Source: Escherichia phage LQ5
DNA length: 64,000 nt
Sequence record: OR677401
Reading direction: 5' to 3' (one strand)
This document shows, one piece after another, positions 1-9,919 of this stretch (its first letter is position 1; every line of letters begins with the position of its first letter). The notes under the pieces are model-generated. The model worked only from the letters and a program-made list of their open reading frames with translations, had not been told where the DNA came from and did no database searches. A program made the translations under genes and the position numbers.

Positions 1-2
1 CG

Positions 3-479
3 GCTAAATGGTTTACAGAAACATTAAAGAAAGGAATTCGTGGGCACCAGGTATCTAAACCGTCTCCTGGTAAGCTTTATGCTTATATCTATGATGCCAA
101 ACATAAGGATACCCTACCATACTGGGACAAATATCCTTTAATAATTTATCTTGGGTTAGGTAAGCATAATTTAATGTACGGACTGAACTTACACTATATT
201 CCACCTAAAGCACGTCAGCAATTTCTGGAAGAATTGCTGAAGCAATACGCGAGTACGCCTACCATTACGAACTCGACTAAATTAAAAATCGATTGGAGTA
301 AGGTAAAAGGATTCGCTGGTGCAGACGTGATGATTAAGGCTTATATCCCTGGAAATATTAAGGGACCTTTAGTAGAGATAAAACCGTCTGATTGGGCTAA
401 TGTAATAGGATTACCACTTCAGCAATTTGTATCGAAAGGTAAGCGTTACTCAGCTCAGAAAGTTTGGAAGAAGGCATAA
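3..479 (+). CDS. 5'-truncated ORF entering from upstream of the window; by synteny possibly the C-terminal part of a gp2-like DNA end protector
   Basis: Open frame from window edge to TAA at 477-479; no start in window; sits upstream of gp3-like and gp1 homologs. Confidence 0.4.
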   Translation, partial: AKWFTETLKKGIRGHQVSKPSPGKLYAYIYDAKHKDTLPYWDKYPLIIYLGLGKHNLMYGLNLHYIPPKARQQFLEELLKQYASTPTITNSTKLKIDWSKVKGFAGADVMIKAYIPGNIKGPLVEIKPSDWANVIGLPLQQFVSKGKRYSAQKVWKKA

Positions 480-1129
480 TGAATTACCAGAAAATATATT
501 CTTCATTAATTACACGTGCTCAAGGACGAGCACTATCCTGTTATACCGAATCTCATCATATTTTACCTAGATGTATGGGTGGAGGTGATGAATCTACAAA
601 CTTAGTTGATTTAACTCCTGAAGAACATTATTTAGCACATCAACTATTAGTTAAAATGCATCCAGGAAATCCTGGTTTAACTTTTGCAGCTATGACAATG
701 ACTCAAGGCCCTCGTCGTTCTAATAAGCTTTACGGCTGGCTTAAACGTAAGCATTCTGAGAATATCACGGCAACCCAAACAGGAAAGGTTTATTATAATA
801 ATGGCAAGAAGTGTATTAAGCTGTTTCCGGGTGAACCGGTTCCTGAAGGATTTGTAAAGGGCCGAGGATGGAGTCCTACAAAAGGAACCACTCATGATAG
901 GAATAATGGTCATTTTGCCAATAAAGAACTCCAAGCGGAGCTTTCTAAACGGAGATGGGATAAAGCCAGAAAGGAAACTTGTGAACAATTTGGTGTGGAT
1001 ACTATAGAAGAGGCCAAGGATATGGTTCGGGCATTTAAAGCTACATGCCACGAAAGATACTGGATAAAACCAACTATAGCCAAATGGCCTTTTATGACAC
1101 CAGTAAGACTACGTGAATTTATAAAATAA
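479..1129 (+). CDS. HNH homing endonuclease (Mob-like), free-standing
   Basis: ATG at 479 overlaps upstream stop; motif YTESHHILPRCMGGGDESTNLVDLTPEEHYLAH typical of phage HNH endonucleases; paralog of ORF 60287-60943. Confidence 0.8.
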   Translation: MNYQKIYSSLITRAQGRALSCYTESHHILPRCMGGGDESTNLVDLTPEEHYLAHQLLVKMHPGNPGLTFAAMTMTQGPRRSNKLYGWLKRKHSENITATQTGKVYYNNGKKCIKLFPGEPVPEGFVKGRGWSPTKGTTHDRNNGHFANKELQAELSKRRWDKARKETCEQFGVDTIEEAKDMVRAFKATCHERYWIKPTIAKWPFMTPVRLREFIK

Positions 1130-1211
1130 TCTATTATCCCAGCCAGTTATTGAATGGAACAGACCTAGGACCATTATACACTGTCCGGGACTTAAGCAAT
1201 ATAGGAACCCT

Positions 1212-1802
1212 ATGAACGGTTTATTTAACCAAACTAACACTACTAACTTTATCTTAGAGGTTAGTGACGCAGGAATGACGCAGGCATTCAAATTGAACGT
1301 ACAAGATGTAACACTACCGGGTATCCATATTCCGGTCTCAGACGTCCCAGGATCGACCCAGGGCATACATCGTGCTAAGCTGCCAGGTTCTACTGTAGAA
1401 TTCGACCCATTGATTGTGAACTTTCTTGTGGACCGTGAATTGAAATCGTGGCTTGACGTTTATAAGTGGATGTTGTCATTAAACAACTATGTAACCCATG
1501 ATTCAGAAGCCTGGCATCCTAAAGGTCAACCGGAAGCTATCACCCTCCACATCCTTGATAACAACAAACAGAAAATCGTAATGAGCATTCATTACTACGG
1601 CGGTTGGCCATCCGACCTCTCGGAAATCCAGTACTCTTATAAAGAGGATTCTGACCCGGCGATTATCGCCACAGCAACATTCAACTTCAAATCGTTTGCT
1701 GTAGAAATAGATGGTACAATAGTTACAGGTCGTCCACAAATTGATTCGTATGCCGAACAACGAGTGGCTCGTATGTCTATGCATCCATCTATGAGAAAAT
1801 AA
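1212..1802 (+). CDS. tail completion/sheath stabiliser gp3-like (synteny only)
   Basis: 196-aa ORF immediately upstream of gp1 homolog, stop overlaps gp1 start; true start may be internal Met (MTQAFK). Confidence 0.45.
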   Translation: MNGLFNQTNTTNFILEVSDAGMTQAFKLNVQDVTLPGIHIPVSDVPGSTQGIHRAKLPGSTVEFDPLIVNFLVDRELKSWLDVYKWMLSLNNYVTHDSEAWHPKGQPEAITLHILDNNKQKIVMSIHYYGGWPSDLSEIQYSYKEDSDPAIIATATFNFKSFAVEIDGTIVTGRPQIDSYAEQRVARMSMHPSMRK

Positions 1803-2555
1803 TGAAACTAATATCAATTGTAGGAATCAAACGTAGCGGTAAGGATACCGTTGCTAACTATGTAATCGAAAATATGGATTCGGTAAAATTTCAGCTCGCA
1901 GGTCCTATTAAAAAGTATCTGGCTGAAGCCTATGAATACATCTCTGATGACCCTGTATTCGACCGTAGTTACATGCCTAAACTAGATTTTAACTGTTTTG
2001 AAGGTATCGGTTACGACCGTGAAGAAATCATTCCTTTAAAACCATATGATGTGATTGATATCTTTGAAAATGCTATTGTCAAACTGAATAATATCCTTCC
2101 TATTCCAGGAATGGATGTTCGTACCGCATATCATTATGGTCTTACCCCAGTCCAGTATCTGTCTGAAGAAACAAAAGACCAACTGTTTGAAGTAATAAAT
2201 AAAAATAACAATTGGTCAGTACGTCGTCTCATGCAGACCCTTGGGACTGATATTATTGTTAACCAATTTGATAAGATGTATTGGGTTAAGTTGTTCGCTT
2301 TAGACTATTTTGATAAAATATACTCTGATGCGAAATACTATGTCGTACCTGATGTTCGTCAAACACACGAAATTGATTCGCTCAGAGCGATGGGTGCTAC
2401 GATTATTCATGTAGTTCGCGCTGAAACCGGTCAAGTACAAGACTCGCACATCACTGAAGCGGGTCTACCAATTTTACCTGGTGACGTTGTTGTTGAAAAT
2501 AACGGCACTCTTTCTGAACTATACACTACTATTGATAAATTATTAGGAAATAAAA

Positions 2556-2563
<8 letters not shown>
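1802..2563 (+). CDS. 1: deoxynucleoside monophosphate kinase
   Basis: N-terminal P-loop GIKRSGKDT and recalled T4 gp1 blocks (WSVRRLMQ.LGTD, MYWVKLFALDY, HITEAGLPI). Confidence 0.9.
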
Positions 2564-3256
<693 letters not shown>

Positions 3257-3267
3257 TTTAAAAAGGT

Positions 3268-3307
3268 GTTTACAAGGTCTATAGGCATGATACTATAGAC
3301 CTATCAA
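3268..3307 (+). promoter_or_regulatory. early-type promoter cassette: GTTTACA (-35) + conserved TGATACTATAGACCTATCAA box, with inverted repeat GGTCTATAG/CTATAGACC
   Basis: Conserved sequence read directly; repeated at 3835, 12224 with near-identical flanks. Confidence 0.6.
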
Positions 3308-3333
3308 AACAAACTAACCGCACGGAAATCAAA

Positions 3334-3558
3334 ATGAAAACTTATCAAGAATTTATCACCGAAGCTAAAAGACATGAAGATGAACTGCCAATTGTTACAA
3401 AAACCTTTGATGGCACACTGGCTGATTTTAAAAAAGTCCCTAGTGATAAGCTTGCTAAATTGACTGGCTCTATCAATGAAAAAGGTGGCAAGGTCACGTT
3501 TTCTGCTGGCGGCATAGCCAATCTTAAAAAACTTTTGAAAGCCGCTGGCGCTGAATAA
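3334..3558 (+). CDS. internal protein (Ip) with capsid targeting sequence
   Basis: N-terminus MKTYQEFITEA is the conserved T4 internal-protein targeting signal cleaved by the prohead protease. Confidence 0.7.
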   Translation: MKTYQEFITEAKRHEDELPIVTKTFDGTLADFKKVPSDKLAKLTGSINEKGGKVTFSAGGIANLKKLLKAAGAE

Positions 3559-3559
3559 A

Positions 3560-3832
3560 ATGAAATCATACCAAGAATTTATCGCTGAATCTATTCTTAA
3601 TGAAGAAGTAAAAATTAACAAATCTGTTAAGACCATGATTGATAATATAAATCATCTCTATAACATCGATTTGACTAATCACGTAACTTTAGGCAATAAG
3701 CGAAACTTTTTTGTTTTTGATACTTCAGAACTCGACCAGAATCAAATTAACAATATTGAACGTTTTGCTAATGAAAAAGGGCTGCGCCACGAAACAGCTG
3801 GTTATAAAAAGTATGCAATTTATCTAAAATAA
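3560..3832 (+). CDS. internal protein (Ip) with capsid targeting sequence
   Basis: N-terminus MKSYQEFIAES; tandem to previous Ip gene. Confidence 0.65.
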   Translation: MKSYQEFIAESILNEEVKINKSVKTMIDNINHLYNIDLTNHVTLGNKRNFFVFDTSELDQNQINNIERFANEKGLRHETAGYKKYAIYLK

Positions 3833-3834
3833 TT

Positions 3835-3874
3835 GTTTACAAGGTCTATAGGTGTGATACTATAGACCTATCAA
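3835..3874 (+). promoter_or_regulatory. early-type promoter cassette (GTTTACA + TGATACTATAGACCTATCAA)
   Basis: Near-identical copy of cassette at 3268. Confidence 0.6.
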
Positions 3875-3899
3875 AACAAATGAGTGATTGGAGAATAAA

Positions 3900-4085
3900 A
3901 TGAAACGTTGTGAATTAATTAGAAATGTTACTGCACTGGTCGCCGTTACTGCTTTTGGCTTTAGTATGTTTGCAGGATTCATGCTCGATATGCTTTCAAC
4001 TTCCGAGAATATAATCTCTTTAGTAGTGACATTTTTAATTGGTTCAATCTCTTTTGTTATGGATAAAATCTCTAAAGGTGAATAA
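3900..4085 (+). CDS. small hydrophobic membrane protein
   Basis: ATG at 3900 preceded by GGAG; ORF-track start at 3888 is an alternative TTG; hydrophobic 62-aa product. Confidence 0.5.
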   Translation: MKRCELIRNVTALVAVTAFGFSMFAGFMLDMLSTSENIISLVVTFLIGSISFVMDKISKGE

Positions 4086-4486
4086 TGAACGTTGAATATT
4101 ATGTATATGCGGATTATGAAAATAATCCGTCTAAAGATGAAGATAACCGTTTAGGTATTGATGCTTTTGAATCCCCTGCTGCAGCTTGGCAATGGGTTGA
4201 AAGTACTGATATTCCTTACCGTTATATTGAAGTGGTAGACCATGCAGGAAACAAGTATCCTAAGGAAGCATATGTTCCTTCTGGAAAGGTAAATTTCCTT
4301 TTGTTCGCGGGTGATAACTACTATCCACGTGGTGGCTATACCGATTTAATCGCTAAAGCTGCCACTGAAGATGAACTACGTGAAATTGTTAAAGAAAACG
4401 AGAATAAGTTTCTTTACGGCTCCGATCGTTTTGACTGGTGGCAGATTGTTAATGCTAATACCCATACTATTGTAGACGAGGGTTAA
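4085..4486 (+). CDS. hypothetical protein
   Basis: 133-aa ORF, start overlaps upstream stop. Confidence 0.5.
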   Translation: MNVEYYVYADYENNPSKDEDNRLGIDAFESPAAAWQWVESTDIPYRYIEVVDHAGNKYPKEAYVPSGKVNFLLFAGDNYYPRGGYTDLIAKAATEDELREIVKENENKFLYGSDRFDWWQIVNANTHTIVDEG

Positions 4487-4771
4487 ATGCTATACGTTAA
4501 GGTTACTAATCCAGAGAATGGATATAATTCAGACCAGGTTGCAGCAGAGTTACTGATTCGCAACTTTGGCAAAGATGCCGTGCTTGATGTTCAACAGGTT
4601 AATATTGGCCGTAGTTCAAGCGACGTTAAACTCAAAGTTAACGGCCAACGTTATAATTCTGTTAACTTTACTTTTTATACCGCAACTGAAAACGGATTGG
4701 TCGAATACGACATCTTTAAAAATCCTTTGAAGATTGCTTCTATTAAACTTGATTACATTAATATGCTTTAA
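4487..4771 (+). CDS. hypothetical protein
   Basis: 94-aa ORF directly following previous stop. Confidence 0.5.
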   Translation: MLYVKVTNPENGYNSDQVAAELLIRNFGKDAVLDVQQVNIGRSSSDVKLKVNGQRYNSVNFTFYTATENGLVEYDIFKNPLKIASIKLDYINML

Positions 4772-4900
4772 GAATTATGTGATATTATTACTCTATCATT
4801 AATACCCTCTATTACCAAAGGTTCTTCCCTCAAAGAACCTTTCATAATAGACAAGGTCTATTAATTAAACTTACTTTACTTAATTTTATTTGAGGTGTTT

Positions 4901-5167
4901 ATGTTAGTATTAAAATTAGCTTTTTATGACCCTAAAACCAAGACAACAACTACCAAACGTTGTTCTATTTCATATGAATGTCAATTTGGCGAAGTTGAGA
5001 CTGATGGCGAGCCCTTTATGGCAATTGCCGATAGCACATTCGCTAAACCAAAAATAATTCCACTAGTTAACGCTGCGGCTTATCTGGTTGCTCCTGAAGA
5101 AATGACTTATCATACAATTCAGCACATGGCTAAAGATGATAATGCTCCTGCTGGATTTGTAGTTTGA
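4901..5167 (+). CDS. hypothetical protein
   Basis: ATG at 4901 with GAGG 8 nt upstream; ORF-track start 4895 is GTG. Confidence 0.45.
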   Translation: MLVLKLAFYDPKTKTTTTKRCSISYECQFGEVETDGEPFMAIADSTFAKPKIIPLVNAAAYLVAPEEMTYHTIQHMAKDDNAPAGFVV

Positions 5168-5172
5168 TTTAA

Positions 5173-5246
5173 GGCCCTGTAGCTCAATTGGTTAGAGCAT
5201 CCGGCTCATAACTGGCAGGTTTCCGGTTCAAGTCCGGATGGGGCCA
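5173..5246 (+). tRNA. tRNA with CAT anticodon (Met-type gene; probably the AUA-reading Ile tRNA as in T4); no encoded CCA
   Basis: Hand-folded cloverleaf: acceptor GGCCCTG/TGGGGCC, D stem GCTC/GAGC, anticodon loop CTCATAA, T arm TCCGG-TTCAAGT-CCGGA. Confidence 0.75.
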
Positions 5247-5287
5247 TATTTTGAGAACATAAATACTCTTAGAAATAGGAGATATTT

Positions 5288-5953
5288 ATGTTCCATTACA
5301 CTTATAAAATAACAAACAAAATTAATAATAAAATCTATATAGGTGCCCATTCAACCGAAAATTTGAATGATGCATATTTTGGTTCTGGTAAACTCTTAAA
5401 AAAGGCCCAAGCCAAATATGGTATAGAAAATTTCTCTAAAGAAATATTAGAGTTCTTTGACGATAAAACCTCTATGTTTGAGTCAGAAAAGAATATTGTG
5501 ACTGAAGAGTTTTTAAAGCGCCCTGATGTTTATAATTTGAAATTAGGTGGTGAAGGTGGTTGGGACCATTTAAACACTGAAGAATATTTGGATAAAAAGA
5601 AAGAAGCTTCCTTAAAAGGAGTTGCCGCTTTTAAAACCAGATTTGAGAACGACCCAGACCTTAAAGAAAAATATCGTAAAATGGGTTCAGAAAAGTTTAA
5701 ACAACTTTGGGATAATCCTAAGTATAGAGAGAAATTTTCAAATACTAAATCTTTCTTGGGTAAGACCCATTCAGATGAAACCATAAATAAAATGAAAGAA
5801 TCTCACGCCAGAAATAAACATCAACAAGGTGAAAATAATTCCGGATACGGAAAAATGTGGATTCATTCTTTAGAAGAAAAAGTTTCTAAACGTATTAACA
5901 AAACGGATATTATTCCTGAAGGTTGGAATAAAGGCCGTAAAATAAAATTTTGA
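5288..5953 (+). CDS. GIY-YIG homing endonuclease (SegB-like) within the tRNA cluster
   Basis: N-terminal YTYKITNKINNKIYIGAH motif; Lys-rich NUMOD-like C-terminus; lies between the two tRNA genes as T4 segB does. Confidence 0.75.
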   Translation: MFHYTYKITNKINNKIYIGAHSTENLNDAYFGSGKLLKKAQAKYGIENFSKEILEFFDDKTSMFESEKNIVTEEFLKRPDVYNLKLGGEGGWDHLNTEEYLDKKKEASLKGVAAFKTRFENDPDLKEKYRKMGSEKFKQLWDNPKYREKFSNTKSFLGKTHSDETINKMKESHARNKHQQGENNSGYGKMWIHSLEEKVSKRINKTDIIPEGWNKGRKIKF

Positions 5954-5958
5954 ATTAC

Positions 5959-6033
5959 GTCCCGCTGGTGTAATGGATAGCATACGATCCTTCTAAGTTT
6001 GCGGTCCTGGTTCGATCCCAGGGTGGGATACCA
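5959..6033 (+). tRNA. tRNA-Arg (anticodon TCT), CCA encoded
   Basis: Hand-folded: acceptor GTCCCGC/GTGGGAT, anticodon loop CTTCTAA, T arm CCTGG-TTCGATC-CCAGG, 3' ACCA. Confidence 0.8.
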
Positions 6034-6271
6034 AATGAAGACTATTATATAGTCAAGCCGTCGTATGAAGACTGATTACCAGCATTCACCGGCGCAACAA
6101 ACAAGAAACCGGGTCGCTACCGGTAAGTCGTCGGACTGAAGTTCCCTGAATAAGACCCGACTTTAAGGCGTACATGAGTTGACCTCTTAAAGTCCCTTAT
6201 CTCACAGCTGAAACGGCGCACCGAACACTTGCCTAGCAGGTGGAACCCCGACAAGGTTACCCTAGGTTAAA
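6034..6271 (+). ncRNA. candidate stable small RNA(s) downstream of tRNA-Arg (cf. T4 species 1/2 RNAs)
   Basis: ~240 nt with no plausible + strand ORF, several local hairpins (e.g. ACCGG-gtcgcta-CCGGT), ends at an intrinsic terminator. Confidence 0.3.
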
Positions 6272-6299
6272 GGCCCTTCCGAAAGGTTGGGCCTTTTTT
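6272..6299 (+). terminator. intrinsic terminator GGCCC-(12 nt)-GGGCC + T6
   Basis: Hairpin followed by T-run; identical copy at 6897-6925. Confidence 0.7.
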
Positions 6300-6300
6300 G

Positions 6301-6308
6301 TATAAATA
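6301..6308 (+). promoter_or_regulatory. T4-type late promoter TATAAATA
   Basis: Exact TATAAATA about 28 nt upstream of ORF 6337. Confidence 0.45.
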
Positions 6309-6336
6309 TGTAAGTTAAACTAACCTAGGAAATAAT

Positions 6337-6891
6337 ATGAAACTTTTAAAATATTTGAGTTGGGTACTGTTGGTTCCACTGGATTTTATCTCTATGGTTC
6401 TGGCTGTTATCCTTGCACCATTTGTGGTTCCTTTCCACAATAAAAAGACAGGTAAATTACCGTACGGGTTTGATTGGATGATGACATACGATAATCCAAT
6501 TGACGGTGACAAAGGTCATATTAAACGTTGGGCTAAAATCAGGAAAATGCCAGGTGGTGTTTATCTCCAGAGAGTAGCTTGGCTATGGCGAAATAAAGCT
6601 TATAACTTTGCTTATCATAAACTTGGACGCGATTGTAGTTCGGAATTCCATTATCGTGGTAATCCTGACGTAGAATCAGGTTCTCCTGATAAAGCTCATC
6701 ATGGGTGGCTATGGATGTGGAATGACGACGCCTGGGGTGTATTTGCTTCAGTTCCTTATCTTAAGGTTGGTGGAATCACATTTTACCTTCGAGTGTACTG
6801 TGGCTGGAAGCTTAAAAGTCTTTTGTCTCGTAAAATCCCTAAGGCTATGTTAGCCTTCCACATAAACCCATTCCGGTTCTACAAGAACTGA
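6337..6891 (+). CDS. hypothetical protein with N-terminal transmembrane segment
   Basis: 184-aa ORF flanked on both sides by the same 28-nt terminator hairpin. Confidence 0.6.
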   Translation: MKLLKYLSWVLLVPLDFISMVLAVILAPFVVPFHNKKTGKLPYGFDWMMTYDNPIDGDKGHIKRWAKIRKMPGGVYLQRVAWLWRNKAYNFAYHKLGRDCSSEFHYRGNPDVESGSPDKAHHGWLWMWNDDAWGVFASVPYLKVGGITFYLRVYCGWKLKSLLSRKIPKAMLAFHINPFRFYKN

Positions 6892-6896
6892 TTCTA

Positions 6897-6925
6897 GGCC
6901 CTTCCGAAAGGTTGGGCCTTTTTTT
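6897..6925 (+). terminator. intrinsic terminator, duplicate of 6272-6299
   Basis: GGCCC-ttccgaaaggtt-GGGCC + T7. Confidence 0.7.
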
Positions 6926-6949
6926 GTTTCTAAAAAGTTTAAAAAAGAT

Positions 6950-6989
6950 GTTTACTCTTTCGTAGAACATGATACTATAGACCTATCAA
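6950..6989 (+). promoter_or_regulatory. early-type promoter cassette (GTTTACT + TGATACTATAGACCTATCAA)
   Basis: Conserved box read directly. Confidence 0.6.
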
Positions 6990-7013
6990 AACAACAGTGT
7001 GAAGGAGAGTAAA

Positions 7014-7277
7014 ATGGATAATTATGGTGAAGTGTTTAATTTCTTTATGAAATGTGTTCCGGAAGAATTTGGTGCCACAGTTAACGATATTAAGGTTATC
7101 GGTCCTGAACACCCGGTGTATGAAACCTATGCAGTAATGGGTAATGAAGATGGACAGTGGTATACAATTAAAGTTGTGATTAATATGTTCTCAGCTGAAG
7201 GTTACGCCAAATCGTCTACCAAAGTTTACCATGGTAATGATTTTGATGCAGAAAATTATTTCAATAATATGAAATAA
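7014..7277 (+). CDS. hypothetical protein
   Basis: ATG at 7014 after GAAGGAGAG; ORF-track start 6999 is GTG. Confidence 0.55.
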   Translation: MDNYGEVFNFFMKCVPEEFGATVNDIKVIGPEHPVYETYAVMGNEDGQWYTIKVVINMFSAEGYAKSSTKVYHGNDFDAENYFNNMK

Positions 7278-7280
7278 AAC

Positions 7281-7321
7281 GTTTACATGGGCTCATGATT
7301 AAGATATTATGAGCCCATAAT
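7281..7321 (+). promoter_or_regulatory. GTTTACA followed by perfect 10-bp stem-loop ATGGGCTCAT/ATGAGCCCAT enclosing a -10-like TATTAT
   Basis: Inverted repeat read directly; no T-run. Confidence 0.5.
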
Positions 7322-7335
7322 TTGAGGAGAACATA

Positions 7336-7734
7336 ATGAATATCGAAGATAAAGAAATGCAAGAGTTGTATAATTCATTAACACCTGAACAACAAAAATA
7401 TGCCAAAGAACTAGAGAAAGCTCTTACTTTCAACTTGGCAAAAACTGATTGGGCCGCGATGTATGAAGAAAAAACTAGATTAGAAATTGAAGCTGCTGAG
7501 AGAAATGAATGGGTTGTCGAAACCAAGATTTCTGATGGTGGTTGCTCTGTTGAGGTGTCTGCTGTAATTAAAGGTACCCATGGCGAAAAATCATGGGGCT
7601 GGCATAATGAAGCAAACAAACATATTGTTCTCTCAACGTCAAAAACTTATGGCCAAAGGGTTCCTGTATCTAAAGCTATTATTAAGCAAGCTCAATGGGA
7701 AGCCAATGAAATCTGCCTCGCAAAAATGAAATAA
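7336..7734 (+). CDS. hypothetical protein
   Basis: 132-aa ORF with GAGGAGA RBS. Confidence 0.6.
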   Translation: MNIEDKEMQELYNSLTPEQQKYAKELEKALTFNLAKTDWAAMYEEKTRLEIEAAERNEWVVETKISDGGCSVEVSAVIKGTHGEKSWGWHNEANKHIVLSTSKTYGQRVPVSKAIIKQAQWEANEICLAKMK

Positions 7735-7737
7735 AAT

Positions 7738-7773
7738 GTTTACAAACCTCAGAGGACAGGGTATAATGTCCTC
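7738..7773 (+). promoter_or_regulatory. sigma70-like promoter GTTTACA-N17-TATAAT with inverted repeat GAGGACA/TGTCCTC flanking the -10
   Basis: Read directly. Confidence 0.6.
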
Positions 7774-7810
7774 ATGGATTACAAAACGTTAACCAACTGA
7801 AGGAAATACT

Positions 7811-8404
7811 ATGAACACTTTAAAGAAAATCGTTGAATTCATTCGTTCTAAACTGGGCACCGCAATGGCTCAGAACCTGTCAATCGAAGACCAATACACA
7901 AAAGCTGCTTCTACTCTGATTGATAAAATCACTGAACTCCAGACTGCTCATGTTAAGTCTGTGAATGAAGAAAAACGTATTCGTGCATTGGCTAATGAAA
8001 AAGACCAGCTCGCTGCTTCTAAAGAACGTGAAATTCGTAAACTGATTGCCGAAGGCGCTGATGTCCAGGTACATGCTAAACTTGGCCTCCTTTATCGTCG
8101 TACAGCTACCCAGCTTCGTAAGAAAGCCGATGATTATATCGAAATGCGTAATGAAATTAAACTGAAGGTTAAGGAACTTGATGACTCTCGTCAGGAACTA
8201 GCCGTTAAGCTCGAGTACATTCGTGAAACTCGTAATATGGCTGCCCTTGGTATTGCTACTGCCGATGATGTTGTTGAAATCGCTGCACTGACCAAGATTG
8301 ATATTGAAGACACCCTACTGCGTGTAGAAACGTTTAAAGGCCCACAAGTTGGAATGGATACGACTTCTGCTGATATCGAAGACTACATTAATTCACTTAA
8401 GTAA
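7811..8404 (+). CDS. coiled-coil protein, possibly PspA-like
   Basis: 197 aa, heptad-rich charged helices; PspA resemblance is impression only. Confidence 0.55.
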   Translation: MNTLKKIVEFIRSKLGTAMAQNLSIEDQYTKAASTLIDKITELQTAHVKSVNEEKRIRALANEKDQLAASKEREIRKLIAEGADVQVHAKLGLLYRRTATQLRKKADDYIEMRNEIKLKVKELDDSRQELAVKLEYIRETRNMAALGIATADDVVEIAALTKIDIEDTLLRVETFKGPQVGMDTTSADIEDYINSLK

Positions 8405-8411
8405 TTTTACT

Positions 8412-8434
8412 GGGAGACTTCGGTCTCCCTATTT
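8412..8434 (+). terminator. intrinsic terminator GGGAGAC-TTCG-GTCTCCC
   Basis: UUCG tetraloop hairpin followed by T-rich tract. Confidence 0.6.
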
Positions 8435-8452
8435 GGAGGAGAGGAGAATATT

Positions 8453-8989
8453 ATGGGTTTATATGATAATTTGATATCAAATATTGATTGGTTTAAAAAT
8501 AGTGGTCTTTCCCATGAAACCAATTCAGTTCTTTATAGAATTCGCCAAGACCTAGGCTATTCAAACGATTTCTTAAGCAGAACATCTAGCCGTGGCGATA
8601 CTACCAAATTACCTTTTATTTTTGCTTTAGCTGAAGACCTTTCTTTTGAAGATGCTTTGGAAATTATTGACGTAAATCTGGCTATTCAACGAGTGGAATT
8701 CGCTGGGCTACGCTATTCAGTATACTCTTTAAATGAACCAAGCGATTATAAACAGCTTACTAATGCCGACGATGATTACCATTTAGTATGCTATTTGATG
8801 TTAGAAAATGGTGACCATTTTGGTATGGTCGACCGCCGCCCATCTTACTCTGATATTAAAAATTACGATAAAGACGAGCTTATTATTTTAGCCAATGAGT
8901 ATACATCAGAGATTCGAAAACAACAACGGAAGCTTAATCGTTTTATTGCTGAATGCCGTGAATACGCTAAAGAGGTTCAAAATGTATAA
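8453..8989 (+). CDS. hypothetical protein
   Basis: 178-aa ORF; C-terminal NRFIAECR motif shared with 8982 and 13203 products. Confidence 0.6.
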   Translation: MGLYDNLISNIDWFKNSGLSHETNSVLYRIRQDLGYSNDFLSRTSSRGDTTKLPFIFALAEDLSFEDALEIIDVNLAIQRVEFAGLRYSVYSLNEPSDYKQLTNADDDYHLVCYLMLENGDHFGMVDRRPSYSDIKNYDKDELIILANEYTSEIRKQQRKLNRFIAECREYAKEVQNV

Positions 8990-9332
8990 GCCTAGTAAAA
9001 CCGACCCTGGTTACGCATTAGCAGATTATGATATTGCTATTTCTTTATTCGCTGGACTTGTCACTGGTACGATTGCCGGACTTGTTGGACTAATTGCTGG
9101 TGGAGTCGTTAATGATACGACACAAAACATATTTGAATTGAACCTTGCCTGGATTTGGGTTCCTGCTTTAATAGGGTATTTTATCCCATTGGTCTTTGAT
9201 ATTGCCCAAACCAATAAAATAAACAAGCCACGTAAAAAGAGATATGCTGTATCGATGGCTAATTATAATGAGTATGTAAAACAAACCAAACGTAATGACC
9301 TTGAAACCTTTATTAAGGAATGTAAATCATGA
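8982..9332 (+). CDS. hypothetical membrane protein
   Basis: ATG at 8982 overlaps upstream stop; Gly-rich TM segments; C-terminal ETFIKEC. Confidence 0.55.
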   Translation: MYKPSKTDPGYALADYDIAISLFAGLVTGTIAGLVGLIAGGVVNDTTQNIFELNLAWIWVPALIGYFIPLVFDIAQTNKINKPRKKRYAVSMANYNEYVKQTKRNDLETFIKECKS

Positions 9333-9619
9333 ATAAAATTGAAATCGAAATCCCGGAACACAATGACGAGAAATCTGCAGAAAAGGCTATCTATGCTCTT
9401 CTGAATAAAGTGAATACCATCGAACATGAATGTGAAGCTATTGCCGATAAGTATGGTATCCAATTCGGTACTGGTGATTATGGTTCAGGCCGTACATATT
9501 ATCCTGTCGGTTATGAATGCTCCCAGTGGTTTAAAGATGAAATTGAAAACAACGGTGGTGAAGTTGAAAATGGCGTCGTTACAGTTGGTGCTTGGATCTC
9601 CTCTTCGGCAATGTGCTAA
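9329..9619 (+). CDS. small acidic protein, member 1 of a tandem paralog family (C-terminal W-x-SSS-x-x-C)
   Basis: 96 aa; ends GAWISSSAMC; stop TAA followed by GGA forming the next gene's RBS. Confidence 0.6.
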   Translation: MNKIEIEIPEHNDEKSAEKAIYALLNKVNTIEHECEAIADKYGIQFGTGDYGSGRTYYPVGYECSQWFKDEIENNGGEVENGVVTVGAWISSSAMC

Positions 9620-9628
9620 GGAAACGCT

Positions 9629-9910
9629 ATGATGAATGATTACCATAAAAATAAAGAATTGGCTGAAGCAGTAAATGATATCCATAAAGCTATTCGTCGT
9701 GCCGAGGAAATTGCAAACAAATATGAGACTCATTTTAATATATACCCTGCTCGCGGTATGGGCGGTGACTATTATTCTCCTGGCGCCTTGAAAGCCGACC
9801 TTGCCCACTGGGAAGAATACGGTGAAGCTCAGTACGCTATTGTAAACCAACATGATTACACTACCAGCCTAGAAAATGGTGGTTGGGTGTCCTCTTCTTC
9901 TGAATGTTAA
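9629..9910 (+). CDS. small acidic protein, paralog family member 2
   Basis: 93 aa; ends GGWVSSSSEC. Confidence 0.6.
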   Translation: MMNDYHKNKELAEAVNDIHKAIRRAEEIANKYETHFNIYPARGMGGDYYSPGALKADLAHWEEYGEAQYAIVNQHDYTTSLENGGWVSSSSEC

Positions 9911-9919
9911 GGAAATAAA

